64,000 bases of DNA from an uncultured Pseudomonadota bacterium. GTDB taxonomy: Bacteria > Pseudomonadota > Alphaproteobacteria > JACZXZ01. A model generated the notes under the pieces. The model searched no databases. It was given only the letters and a program-made list of their open reading frames with translations, and had not been told where the DNA came from. Of this stretch, positions 11,165 through 20,364 are shown one piece after another. Position 1 is the first letter of the stretch; the number at the start of each line of letters is the position of its first letter. The stretch lies in NCBI GenBank assembly GCA_963749075.1, contig CAVVLJ010000017.1:928001-992000 (forward strand), in the 5' to 3' direction. The position numbers and the translations under genes were made by a program.

Positions 11165-14100
11165 ATGGGTGTCGGCATGAAGAAAAGCGAGAGGATCGGC
11201 GTCGCGTCGGATTTCTATGCGACGGTGCTCGACGGCCTTCGCGAGGGCGTGCTGGTCTCCGGCGAGGACGACGCGGTGCGCTATGCCAATCCGAGTGCAG
11301 CAAGCCTGATCGGCATGCCTGCGGCGGCACTCGTCGGGACGCCATTCCTCGCCGAGCCGCCGCTGGCGGCATTGGCGGAACTGCAGCCGCTCTATCGCGT
11401 GGCCAAGGCGGCGCTGGCGACGCAGAGCGCCGAGGCCTTAGCCGTAGAGAACGCCTCCGGAGCGCTCACGCTGCAGGCGGTCTCCATGGTCCCGCTGGTG
11501 GAGAGCGGGGTTTACCGCGGCATGATCTGCACCATGGCCAACATCTCCGAGCGCGCCCTGAGGGAGGAGGCGCTGCGCAACTCCGAGCTGCGCCATCGGC
11601 GCCTCTTCGAGACCGCCGGCTACGGCATCATCGTTCTGGACGGGGAGACGCGGCGCATCATCGACGTGAATGCGGCTCTCCTCGCCCTCTTCGGCCACGG
11701 GCCCGAGGAATTCCTCGGCAAGACCCTAGCCGAGACGGCGCCCTTCAAGGGCGCCGCGGCGAGTGCTGCCAGCCTCAACGGGATCGAGGCCGCCGACCAA
11801 TTGCTCTACGAGGAGCTCCCCCTCGCAACGCGCGACGGACGTCTGGTCGAGGTCGAGCTCGTCGCAGCGCTTACCGAGGCCGGCGCGGCGAAGCTCATTC
11901 AATGCAGCCTGCGCGACGTGAGCGAGTGGGCGCACGCCATCGCCGAGCTCAAGCGCCGCGAGGTCATGCTCCAGGCCGTGATGGCGCGCGCCTCCGAGCT
12001 CTTGCGCGCGAGCGAGCTCTCCCGCGCCATCCCCGAGCTGCTCGAGCACTTGGGCGGAGCCCTCGGAATCGGGCGCGCGGACCTCTTCGAGAACGAGCGC
12101 CGCGCCGACGGGCGGCTCGTCGCCCGCCAGCGCTTCGAATGGCGCGCGTCCGACGCCCCTCAGCGCGCCGACAGGTGGTTCTGGCGCGCCCTCGATTTCG
12201 AGGCGCTGGGCCTCGCCGCCTGGCTTACGGGGCTGGCGCAGGGCCAGGTCGCGGCGGTGGACGCGGCACAGGCCGAAGGTGAGCTGCGCCGCGCCATGGC
12301 GGCGGCGGGTGCTGCCTCGCTCCTCGTCGTGCCCATCCTCGCCGAGGGCGTCTGGTGGGGCGAGATCGCCTGCATCCGCGGCGTCCGGGAGCGCTCCTGG
12401 TCCGGCAGCGAGATCGACGTGCTCAAGACCGTGGCGGACCTGATCGGCGGCTGGCTCGCCAAACGGCGGATGTTGGGGGATATGGAGGACGCCGAGCGCA
12501 TCGCGGCAAGCAGCCCGACGGTGCTCATCCGCATGGCCGCCAAGGAGAAATGGCCGATCGCCTACGTCTCGCGCAACGTCGCGCGCTACGGCTACGAGGC
12601 GCGCAGCCTCGTCGAGGCTGCCGCGAGCTGCGAGGAGCTCATCCATCCCGACGACCGCGCGGCGTTCGTCGAGGACAGCCGGCGCATCCTCAACGGCGTC
12701 AGCGACAGTCTCAAGCGCGAATGCCGCGTGCGCGCTGCGGACGAGACCTATCGCTGGGTCGAGATGCGCATGAACGCCGTGCGCGCCGCCGACGGACGCC
12801 TCGTCGCCCTCGAGGGCGCGGTCACCAACGTCGACGACCGGCGCCGCATCGAGGACAAGGCTTCCGAGCTCGCGCGCAACGATGCGCTGACCGGGCTTGC
12901 CAACCGCGCCTCCTTCCACGACCGGCTGAACCAGGTGTTCTCCGCGGCGAAGCGGGGTGCCGCACCCTTCGCCGTGCTCTACCTCGATCTCGACCGCTTC
13001 AAGGAGGTCAACGACACGCTCGGCCACCCCGTAGGCGATCTCCTGCTGCAGGCCGTGGCGGAGCGCCTCACCAAGCTCGTGCGCAAGGCGGACATCGTCG
13101 CGCGCTTCGGGGGCGACGAGTTCGCCATCCTGCAGGCCGGCGTCGCCGACCCCGAGGGCGCCGGCGCGCTCGCGGCCAAGATCGGGGCGGAGATCGCGGC
13201 AGCCTTCCGCCTGGGCAGCTCGCAGGTGCAGATCACGGCGAGCGTCGGCATCGCGATCTATGCCGCCGACACGGAAAGCCCCTCGGACATGATCGCGCAG
13301 GCGGACCTGGCGCTCTACCGGGCCAAAGAGGAGGGCCGCAACCAGTACCGCTTCCACACCAAGAAGCTCGACGAGCTGGTGCGCGATCGCGTGGTCCTCG
13401 CCAACGAGCTGCGCTCGGGCATCGGGCGCAACGAGCTCGAGCTCTACTACCAGCCGCAAGTGGAGCTCGCTTCCGGCCGCATTTCTGGCATGGAGGCGCT
13501 GGTGCGCTGGAACCACCCCAAGCGCGGCCAGCTCCTGCCCGGCGTCTTCGTGCCGGTCGCCGAGCGGACGGGCGGTATCCAGCCGCTCGGAGACTGGGTG
13601 CTCGGCGAGGCCTTCCGCCAGTACGGGCGCTGGCGCGAGCTGGGCATCGCGCCGTCGGTGATCGCCGTCAACCTCTCGGCCGGGCAATTCAAGATCCGCT
13701 CCGAGTTCGGGGCCACCGTCGCCGAGGATCTCAAGACGGTGGGCATCGACCCCGGCGACGTGGAGCTCGAGCTCACCGAGGCGGCGCTGATGGAGACCAC
13801 GCGCGCGCGCGAGGGCTCCCTCGATCGCCTGCGCGAGCTCGGCCTGCGCATCGTCATCGACGACTTCGGCACCGGCTACTCCTCGCTCGAGTATTTGCGC
13901 GACAACCGGGTGAGCCGCCTCAAGATCGCTCCGCAATATGTCCGCGACATGATGACGGACCCCGGATCGGCCACCATCGTGCGCGCGACGATCGGGCTGG
14001 CGCGCGAGCTCGGCATCGAGACCGTGGCGCAAGGGGTGGAGGCGGAAAGCCAGCGCGCCTTCCTGGAGGACGCCGGCTGCAAGTACATCCAGGGCTACTA

Positions 14101-14218
14101 CTTCAGCGCGCCGGTGCCGCCGGGCCGCGCCACCGAGCTCCTGCTGCAGCGCACGATCGAGCCGGCGGCGCCGAGGCCCGCCGGCGCCAACGGCGGGGGC
14201 GGGAGCCCGCCGGCCTGA
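11165..14218 (+). CDS. PAS-PAS-GAF-PAS-GGDEF-EAL c-di-GMP signalling protein
   Basis: DALTGLANR, DLDRFKEVND, RKAD I-site, ARFGGDEF, EALVRW, DDFGTGYSS; no TM segments; start may be 11177. Confidence 0.92.
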   Translation: MGVGMKKSERIGVASDFYATVLDGLREGVLVSGEDDAVRYANPSAASLIGMPAAALVGTPFLAEPPLAALAELQPLYRVAKAALATQSAEALAVENASGALTLQAVSMVPLVESGVYRGMICTMANISERALREEALRNSELRHRRLFETAGYGIIVLDGETRRIIDVNAALLALFGHGPEEFLGKTLAETAPFKGAAASAASLNGIEAADQLLYEELPLATRDGRLVEVELVAALTEAGAAKLIQCSLRDVSEWAHAIAELKRREVMLQAVMARASELLRASELSRAIPELLEHLGGALGIGRADLFENERRADGRLVARQRFEWRASDAPQRADRWFWRALDFEALGLAAWLTGLAQGQVAAVDAAQAEGELRRAMAAAGAASLLVVPILAEGVWWGEIACIRGVRERSWSGSEIDVLKTVADLIGGWLAKRRMLGDMEDAERIAASSPTVLIRMAAKEKWPIAYVSRNVARYGYEARSLVEAAASCEELIHPDDRAAFVEDSRRILNGVSDSLKRECRVRAADETYRWVEMRMNAVRAADGRLVALEGAVTNVDDRRRIEDKASELARNDALTGLANRASFHDRLNQVFSAAKRGAAPFAVLYLDLDRFKEVNDTLGHPVGDLLLQAVAERLTKLVRKADIVARFGGDEFAILQAGVADPEGAGALAAKIGAEIAAAFRLGSSQVQITASVGIAIYAADTESPSDMIAQADLALYRAKEEGRNQYRFHTKKLDELVRDRVVLANELRSGIGRNELELYYQPQVELASGRISGMEALVRWNHPKRGQLLPGVFVPVAERTGGIQPLGDWVLGEAFRQYGRWRELGIAPSVIAVNLSAGQFKIRSEFGATVAEDLKTVGIDPGDVELELTEAALMETTRAREGSLDRLRELGLRIVIDDFGTGYSSLEYLRDNRVSRLKIAPQYVRDMMTDPGSATIVRATIGLARELGIETVAQGVEAESQRAFLEDAGCKYIQGYYFSAPVPPGRATELLLQRTIEPAAPRPAGANGGGGSPPA

Positions 14219-14248
14219 GACCGTGACGTTCGAGCGGACGGCCGCCCT

Positions 14249-16588
14249 TCAGCCGCGCGGGCCCATGCGGGTGCTGCCGTGCGCTTCGCGGATGGCGCGC
14301 CACACCCGCTCCGGCGTCGCCGGCATGTCGAGCTGCCGCACGCCGAGCGGCGCCAGGGCGTCGAGCACGGCGTTCATGACGGTCTGCGGTGCCGCGATGC
14401 AGCCGGCCTGGCCCGAGCCCTTGACGCCGAGCGGGTTCGCCGCGGTCGGCGTGCCCGAGAGCGTGACCTCGAAGAAAGGGAGATCGTCCGCCCGCGGGAG
14501 CGCGTAATCCATGAGCGAGCCGCTCAAGAGCTGGCCCGACTGCGGGTCGTAGACGGTGTGCTCGAGGAGCGCCTGGCCGATGCCCTGGGCGACCCCTCCC
14601 AGCACCTGGCCCTCGGTCAGGCGCGGATTGACGAGGCGGCCGAAGTCGTCGACGACGGTATAGCGCACGAGGGTCACCCGGCCGGTCTCCGGGTCGACCT
14701 CGACCTCCGCCACGTGGCAGCCGTTCGGATAGGTGTATTGCACGCACCGGTTCCGTGCCGCGGCGTCGAGGCCGGGCGGCATGCCGTCGGGCAAATTGCC
14801 CGCATCGCGCGCCGCGTGCGCGAGTGCCAGGAGATCGATGCCGCGCTCGCTTCTGCCGGCCGTGTAGCGCCCGCCGGCGAAGTCGACCTCATCGGGTGCG
14901 GCCTGGAGGAGGTGCGCTGCGATGATGCGGCCCTTGGCGATGACGCCCTCCGCCGCCATGACGAGCGCCGCCCCACCCATATGCATGGAGCGGGCACCGC
15001 CATGCCCGGCGCCGCGCGCCACGGTCCGGGTATCCGCTTGCACGAAGCGGAAGGCCGCGAGCGGCAGGCCCAAGAGATCGGCCGCGATCTGGGCATAGCT
15101 CGTCTCGTGGCCCTGGCCGTTCGACTGGGTGCCGAGCACGAGCGCTACGCGGCCGCCGTCCTCGAAGCGGATCTCGGCCGCCTCCTCGGGCTGGCCGCGC
15201 GCCGTCTCGAGGAAGCAGGCGACGCCCAGGCCGCGCAGCCGGCCGCGCGCCTTCGTCTCGGCGCGGCGTGCCGCGAAGCCGGCGCGGTCGGCCCGCACCA
15301 CCGCCTCGTCGAGATTGGCGGCAAAGCGCCCGCCGTCGATCACCATGCCCATGGCGCTTCTGTAGGGGAAGGCGGCGATCATGTTGCGCCGGCGGAGCTC
15401 CACCGCATCGCCGCCGAGGCGCTCGGCCGCGAGCTCGACCAGGCGCTCGATGAGATAATTGGCCTCGGGCTTGCCGGCGCCGCGGTAGGCGTCGATGGGG
15501 ACGGTGTTGGTGAAGGCGCCGCGCACGTCCATGAAGATCGCCGGGATGGCGTAGACGCCGCCCATGGCGGTGGCCGGCGCATTGGTCGAGCTCGCCGGAC
15601 CGAGGGTCGAGAGATAGGCGCCGAGGTTGGCGACCGTCGCGACGTGGAGAGCGAGGAAGCGGCCGGAGGCGTCGAGCGCCAGGCGCGCGCGCGTATGGTT
15701 GTCGCGGCCTTGCGTGGCACTCACGAACTCCTCGCCGCGCTCGGCGGTCCATTTGACCGGGCGGCCGAGGCGCCGCGCCGCCCACAGCACGAGCACCCAT
15801 TCGGGATAGAGGAAGTTCTTCATGCCGAAGCCGCCGCCCACGTCGGGCGCCCACACGTCGATGCGCTCGGGCGGCAGGTGGAAGATGGCGCCGGCGAGCT
15901 GGCGGCGAATGGCATGCACGTCCTGGCCGGTGACGAGGAGCTCGAGGCGGTCGGCCGCGGCGTCGTAGCTGCCGATCGCCGCGCGCGGCTCGATCGGCGT
16001 CACCACGATGCGGTTGTTGACGAGCTCGATCTCGACGACGACGGGGGCCGCGGCAAAGGCCCTCTCCACGGCCGCGCGGTCGCCCTTCTGGAAGCGGTAG
16101 GCGAGATTTCCCGGGCATTCCTCCCACAAGAGCGGCGCCCCGGGCTCGAGGGCCAGCGGACCATCGACCACCGCGGGCAGCGCCTCATAGGCGACCTCGA
16201 TGAGCTCGGCCGCGTCGAGCGCCGCATCGGCGCTCTCGGCCACCACGAGCGCCACCGGGTCGCCCACGTGGCGCACGCGGCCGCGCGCGAGCGCATAACG
16301 CGGCGGCACCACCAAGGGAGCGAGCATCTCGGCGGTCGAAATGCAGGGCAGTGCCCCGATGCCGTCGGCCCGGAGATCGTCCTCGGTGAAGACGCCGAGC
16401 ACGCCCGGCACGCCGCGCGCCGCTGCCGCATCGATCCGCTCGATGAGCGCATGGGCGTGCGGCGAGCGCAGCACGCGGGCATGGAGTTGGCCCGCAAGAT
16501 TGACGTTGTCGACAAATCGCCCGCGCCCGGTGAGGAAGCGATCGTCCTCGAGCCGAGGGACCGACCGGCCGGTACTCTTGAGCTCCAC
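14249..16588 (-). CDS. Xanthine dehydrogenase family Mo-binding large subunit (CoxL/CutL form II-like)
   Basis: RLEDDRFLTGRG, DVGGGFGMK, AYRGAGKPE, GQGHET, NPLGVKG; GTG start after GGAGG. Confidence 0.9.
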   Translation of the reverse strand: MELKSTGRSVPRLEDDRFLTGRGRFVDNVNLAGQLHARVLRSPHAHALIERIDAAAARGVPGVLGVFTEDDLRADGIGALPCISTAEMLAPLVVPPRYALARGRVRHVGDPVALVVAESADAALDAAELIEVAYEALPAVVDGPLALEPGAPLLWEECPGNLAYRFQKGDRAAVERAFAAAPVVVEIELVNNRIVVTPIEPRAAIGSYDAAADRLELLVTGQDVHAIRRQLAGAIFHLPPERIDVWAPDVGGGFGMKNFLYPEWVLVLWAARRLGRPVKWTAERGEEFVSATQGRDNHTRARLALDASGRFLALHVATVANLGAYLSTLGPASSTNAPATAMGGVYAIPAIFMDVRGAFTNTVPIDAYRGAGKPEANYLIERLVELAAERLGGDAVELRRRNMIAAFPYRSAMGMVIDGGRFAANLDEAVVRADRAGFAARRAETKARGRLRGLGVACFLETARGQPEEAAEIRFEDGGRVALVLGTQSNGQGHETSYAQIAADLLGLPLAAFRFVQADTRTVARGAGHGGARSMHMGGAALVMAAEGVIAKGRIIAAHLLQAAPDEVDFAGGRYTAGRSERGIDLLALAHAARDAGNLPDGMPPGLDAAARNRCVQYTYPNGCHVAEVEVDPETGRVTLVRYTVVDDFGRLVNPRLTEGQVLGGVAQGIGQALLEHTVYDPQSGQLLSGSLMDYALPRADDLPFFEVTLSGTPTAANPLGVKGSGQAGCIAAPQTVMNAVLDALAPLGVRQLDMPATPERVWRAIREAHGSTRMGPRG

Positions 16589-16782
16589 CTGTCGGCCGTC
16601 CTCCCATCCGAGCTCGCGCTGGCACCCGCGTGCCGCTGCATCGTCATCTACCCGAGGCACCGGCAGACGGCAAGCGGGCGCGGCATCGCACGGCCGTGAC
16701 GACAGCCGCCGCCTTGCCCGGGCCGTGCGATGCCATATATATTCTAGCTGAATATCCTCCTAGGTAGAAACAAGGCCCCGCC

Positions 16783-17037
16783 ATGGCCCTCAGCATCAAG
16801 GATCCGCAGACCGACAAGCTCGCGCGCGAGGTCGCGCGGCTCGCGGGGGAAAGCATTACCCAAGCGGTCAACCGTGCGCTCGAGGAGCGTCTCAAGAAGC
16901 TCAAACAGCGGCGCGGCAGCCGCTCGCTCGCGGCCGACCTGATCGAGATCGCCCGGCATTGCGCATCGCTGCCTGTGCTCGACGACCGCTCGCCCGACGA
17001 GATCATCGGTTATGACGAGAATGGCCTGCCTCGCTGA
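16783..17037 (+). CDS. vapB: VapB antitoxin (Rv0623/PSK transcription factor family)
   Basis: MALSIKDPQTDKLARE...GESITQAV...IIGYDENGLP; TGATG overlap with PIN toxin. Confidence 0.88.
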   Translation: MALSIKDPQTDKLAREVARLAGESITQAVNRALEERLKKLKQRRGSRSLAADLIEIARHCASLPVLDDRSPDEIIGYDENGLPR

Positions 17038-17423
17038 TGGTCATCGATAGCTCTGCCGTACTCGCGATTCTGCTGATGGAACCGGACGCCGAGCGTCTTG
17101 CCCAGGCGATCGAGGCCGGCGTCCCGCGCCTCATGTCGGCTGCGACGTTGCTCGAGACGGCGATTGTCGTGGAACGGCGCAGCAACGGCACCGGCGCGCA
17201 TGCGCTCGACGCCTTCGTTAGGCGCGCCGGCATCGAGATCGTGCCCTTCGACGCGGAGCAGGCAGCAATCGCACGCGCGGCGGATCGCCGCTACGGCAAG
17301 GGCCGGCACCGTGCCGGGCTCAATTTCGGCGATCTCTTCGCCTATGCGCTTGCCAAGACGACGGGCGAGCCGCTGCTCTGCAAGGGCGGCGATTTCGCCC
17401 GCACCGACCTCGAGCTGCTCTGA
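17037..17423 (+). CDS. vapC: VapC PIN-domain toxin
   Basis: MVIDSSAVLAIL, YGKGRHRAGLNFGD, LLCKGGDF. Confidence 0.9.
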   Translation: MVIDSSAVLAILLMEPDAERLAQAIEAGVPRLMSAATLLETAIVVERRSNGTGAHALDAFVRRAGIEIVPFDAEQAAIARAADRRYGKGRHRAGLNFGDLFAYALAKTTGEPLLCKGGDFARTDLELL

Positions 17424-17466
17424 GCCGCCGATTGTCATTTCGGGCCCAGGGGCGCAAGAAGAGGCC

Positions 17467-18744
17467 ATGACCACCGCTCCGCCGTCCCGCGCCGAAGCGC
17501 CGGCTCTCCTTCCGGGTGCCGTGCTCGCGGCTCCGGACGGTGGCACGGGCCGCGTGCTCCGCGATTTCGCGCGCGAGCTCGCCGCGCGCGGCTGGCGCAC
17601 CGGGGGCGTCGTCATCGAGACTCGCCTCGACGCCGGCGGCGAGAAGAGAAGGCTCGACCTCATCGAGCTTGGCCGCGGCGAGAGGCGCTTGGTGCTGGAC
17701 GCGGCGGCGCTCGAGGAGGGCAACCGCATCATCCGGCGCGCCGTAGCGGAGCGGGCCGAACTCGTCGTGGTCGACGGATTCGGCCCGATCGAGGGCGGCG
17801 GCCAGGGCTTCTCGGAGGGCCTGCGCGCGGCCCTCGACGCCGGCAGCCCGCTCCTCGTCGCCGTGCCGGGCGAGCTCCTCGAGCGCTTCGACCGCTTCGC
17901 CGCCACGCCCACCGCCCTGCTGCGGCCGGAGACAGCGGCGCTGTGGCGCTGGTGGGGTCCCTATCGGCTCTATGAGGAGCTCGCGCGCGGCGTCGCCGAT
18001 GCACCGGCCTCGCGCGTCATAGCCGGTCTCAACTGGACCCTCGTCGAGGGCCCGGACGGCATCGGGCTCGCCCACAGTCCCGCGCGCGACGCGCCCGGCT
18101 GCCGCACGGCGGCGAGGCTCGGAGACTATGCCGGCACCCCGCTCGGCAAGCTCGCCAGGCTTGCCCTCTCGTGGAACCCCTTCGAGGCGGCGATCGGGCT
18201 CGCCGCGATCAACGCCCACTACAACCGGCATGACCTCGCGGGCGCTGCGGTCAACGGGCTCGATCACATCGCCCGGCTCCCCGGGCGCAAGCTCGTGATC
18301 GGGCGCTTTCCCGAGCTCGAGCGGCGCATACCGGACGCCCGCGTGATCGAGCGCGCGCCCGGCCCCGGCGATCTCCCCGAGGCGGCGGCCGATTGGCTGC
18401 TGGGTGCCGCCGACGCGGTCGCCGTCACCGCCTCGGCCCTGGGCAACCTCACGCTGCCGCGCCTCCTCTCCTCAGCATCGGGCGCACGCATGGCCCTCGT
18501 GGGCCCGGGCACGCCGCTCTCGCCGCAGCTCCACGCCTACGGCATCGAGGTGCTCTCGGGCCTCGTCATCGAGGACGGCGAGCGCGCCGCGCGCGCGGTC
18601 GCGGAAGGCGGTGCCGTCAAGGCGCTCAAGGCCTGCGGACGGCAGGTGACCCTCGTCCAAGGCCGCCCGCCGCCTGCCGAGGGGTCGCCCGAGGGGCCGG
18701 CGGATAGCCGCGCGACGGGCAGGAAACTATCGCTGCATCAATAG
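17467..18744 (+). CDS. Fusion of DUF2478-like N-terminal domain with DUF4213/DUF364 (Rossmann-like, putative metal chelation) domains
   Basis: N-term RGWRTGGVV...LDAAALEE...LVVVDGFGPIEGGGQG...LLVAVP; C-term GLNWTLV, SWNPFEAAIGLAAINA, IGRFP, TASALGNLTLPRLL, GPGTPL; ATG after GAGG. Confidence 0.65.
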   Translation: MTTAPPSRAEAPALLPGAVLAAPDGGTGRVLRDFARELAARGWRTGGVVIETRLDAGGEKRRLDLIELGRGERRLVLDAAALEEGNRIIRRAVAERAELVVVDGFGPIEGGGQGFSEGLRAALDAGSPLLVAVPGELLERFDRFAATPTALLRPETAALWRWWGPYRLYEELARGVADAPASRVIAGLNWTLVEGPDGIGLAHSPARDAPGCRTAARLGDYAGTPLGKLARLALSWNPFEAAIGLAAINAHYNRHDLAGAAVNGLDHIARLPGRKLVIGRFPELERRIPDARVIERAPGPGDLPEAAADWLLGAADAVAVTASALGNLTLPRLLSSASGARMALVGPGTPLSPQLHAYGIEVLSGLVIEDGERAARAVAEGGAVKALKACGRQVTLVQGRPPPAEGSPEGPADSRATGRKLSLHQ

Positions 18745-18891
18745 CTTGCCCTGCCTCCGCCGATGCCGGCACGGGCCCCGCCACGGGCCTCATTGCGAAT
18801 CTCGCCTTTCGCCGGGACCCGTGCTATGGATGCCCCTCGCGGGGCCTTTAGGCCCCGCCTCCATGTGAGGTCGCGCAGGTTGCCAGCCGCC

Positions 18892-19989
18892 ATGAAGCTC
18901 GCCCAAATCGCCACCGCGCTTGGCGCCCGCCTGGTCGGCGACGGCGGCATCGAGATCGAGCGCCCGGTCCATCCGGCGGACGCGGAATCGGCGCGCGACC
19001 TGGCGCTTGCCATGGAGCCCGAGACGCTGGCGCTCCTCGCCGGCAGCCCGGTGCGCGCCGCCCTCGTGCGCGACGAGAGCAAGCTCGCGGAGGGACCGCT
19101 CGGCGGCTACATCGTGGTCGGGCGCTCGCGCTACGCCATGGCGCAGCTCCTCGAGCTCTTCCCGCGCCCGCCCCAGGCCGAGCCCGGCATCCATCCGACG
19201 GCGCTCGTCGAAGGCGACGCAGCACTCGGGCGCGACGTGCGGGTGGGCCCCTTCTGCTACATAGGCCCCGGCGTCGAGATCGGCGAGGGCACCACGCTCC
19301 TCGCCCATGTCACGGTCGCTGCAGGGGCCAGGATCGGACGCGGGGGCCTCCTCTATCCCGGCGTGCGCATCGGCGAGCGCGTGGTGGTGGGCGACCGGGT
19401 GATCATCCACCACAATGCCAGCCTGGGCGCCGACGGCTTCAGCTTCGTGAGCCCGGAGGCGGACAACGTCGAGAGCGCCAAGGAGACCGGCGAGATCCAT
19501 CCGAGCAAGCAGGAGCTGGTGCGCGTGAACTCGATCGGCACGGTGGTGCTCGCCGACGACGTCGAGATCGGCGCCTGCGCCTGCGTCGACCGCGGCACGG
19601 TGAGCGCCACGCGGGTCGGCCGCAATACCAAGATCGACGACCTCGTCATGATCGGACATAACTGTGTCATAGGCGAGAATTGTATGCTATGCGGTCAGGT
19701 CGGAATCGCCGGCAGCACGGTGGTCGGCGACCGCGTCGTGCTGGGCGGCAAGGTCGGCGTCGCGGATCATCTGCGCATCGGCAGCGACTCGGTCATCGGC
19801 GGCGGCACCATGATCGGAATCAACGTGCGGCCGAAGTCCCTCCTCATGGGCTGGCCGCCGCAGACGCCGAAGGACACGTTCACCACGCTCCTGACCATCC
19901 GGCGCATCAAGCGGGTCCTGTCGGATCTGGAGGACCTGAAGCGGCGCATGAGCGCGCTCGACGGCGGCGAGGGTGCCGCGGGCGGCTGA
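18892..19989 (+). CDS. lpxD: UDP-3-O-acyl-glucosamine N-acyltransferase LpxD-like
   Basis: Hexapeptide repeats, IHPTA, GADGFSF, DVEIGACACVDRG, TKIDDLVMIGHN with catalytic His. Confidence 0.88.
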   Translation: MKLAQIATALGARLVGDGGIEIERPVHPADAESARDLALAMEPETLALLAGSPVRAALVRDESKLAEGPLGGYIVVGRSRYAMAQLLELFPRPPQAEPGIHPTALVEGDAALGRDVRVGPFCYIGPGVEIGEGTTLLAHVTVAAGARIGRGGLLYPGVRIGERVVVGDRVIIHHNASLGADGFSFVSPEADNVESAKETGEIHPSKQELVRVNSIGTVVLADDVEIGACACVDRGTVSATRVGRNTKIDDLVMIGHNCVIGENCMLCGQVGIAGSTVVGDRVVLGGKVGVADHLRIGSDSVIGGGTMIGINVRPKSLLMGWPPQTPKDTFTTLLTIRRIKRVLSDLEDLKRRMSALDGGEGAAGG

Positions 19990-20023
19990 GCGGCGGGCGG
20001 CGGAGGCAACAAGGGAAGAGTCC

Positions 20024-20305
20024 ATGGCGAGCCTAGAGAACGACGTGCTCGACATCGTCGCCAAGCAGGCCAACATCGACCGCGCCAAGCTGACGCGCGA
20101 TGCCAACCTCGCGGACCTCGACATCCAGTCGCTCGACGTGGTCGAGATCATCTTCGCGCTCGAGGAGAAGTTCGACATCTCGGTGCCCTACAACGCCAAC
20201 GACCCGAGCGGCGCCTCGGCGGGAATGGCGTTCAAGACCATCGGCGACGTGGTCGACGCGATCGCCAAGCTGGTGGGCGAGCGCGACGCCGCGAAATCGG
20301 CTTGA
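20024..20305 (+). CDS. Acyl carrier protein (specialised, QSL variant)
   Basis: DLDIQSLDVVEIIFALEEKFDI; acidic 93 aa; between lpxD and KAS. Confidence 0.88.
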   Translation: MASLENDVLDIVAKQANIDRAKLTRDANLADLDIQSLDVVEIIFALEEKFDISVPYNANDPSGASAGMAFKTIGDVVDAIAKLVGERDAAKSA

Positions 20306-20364
20306 CGGGGGCGAGTGCGCACCGCGATGACCCCGACCGGCACAGCGAACGACATGCAGGGCGC

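Noticed and set aside
14249-16588. Aerobic CO dehydrogenase (form I CoxL)
   Set aside because: Lacks AYXCSFR and has no coxMS or accessory genes
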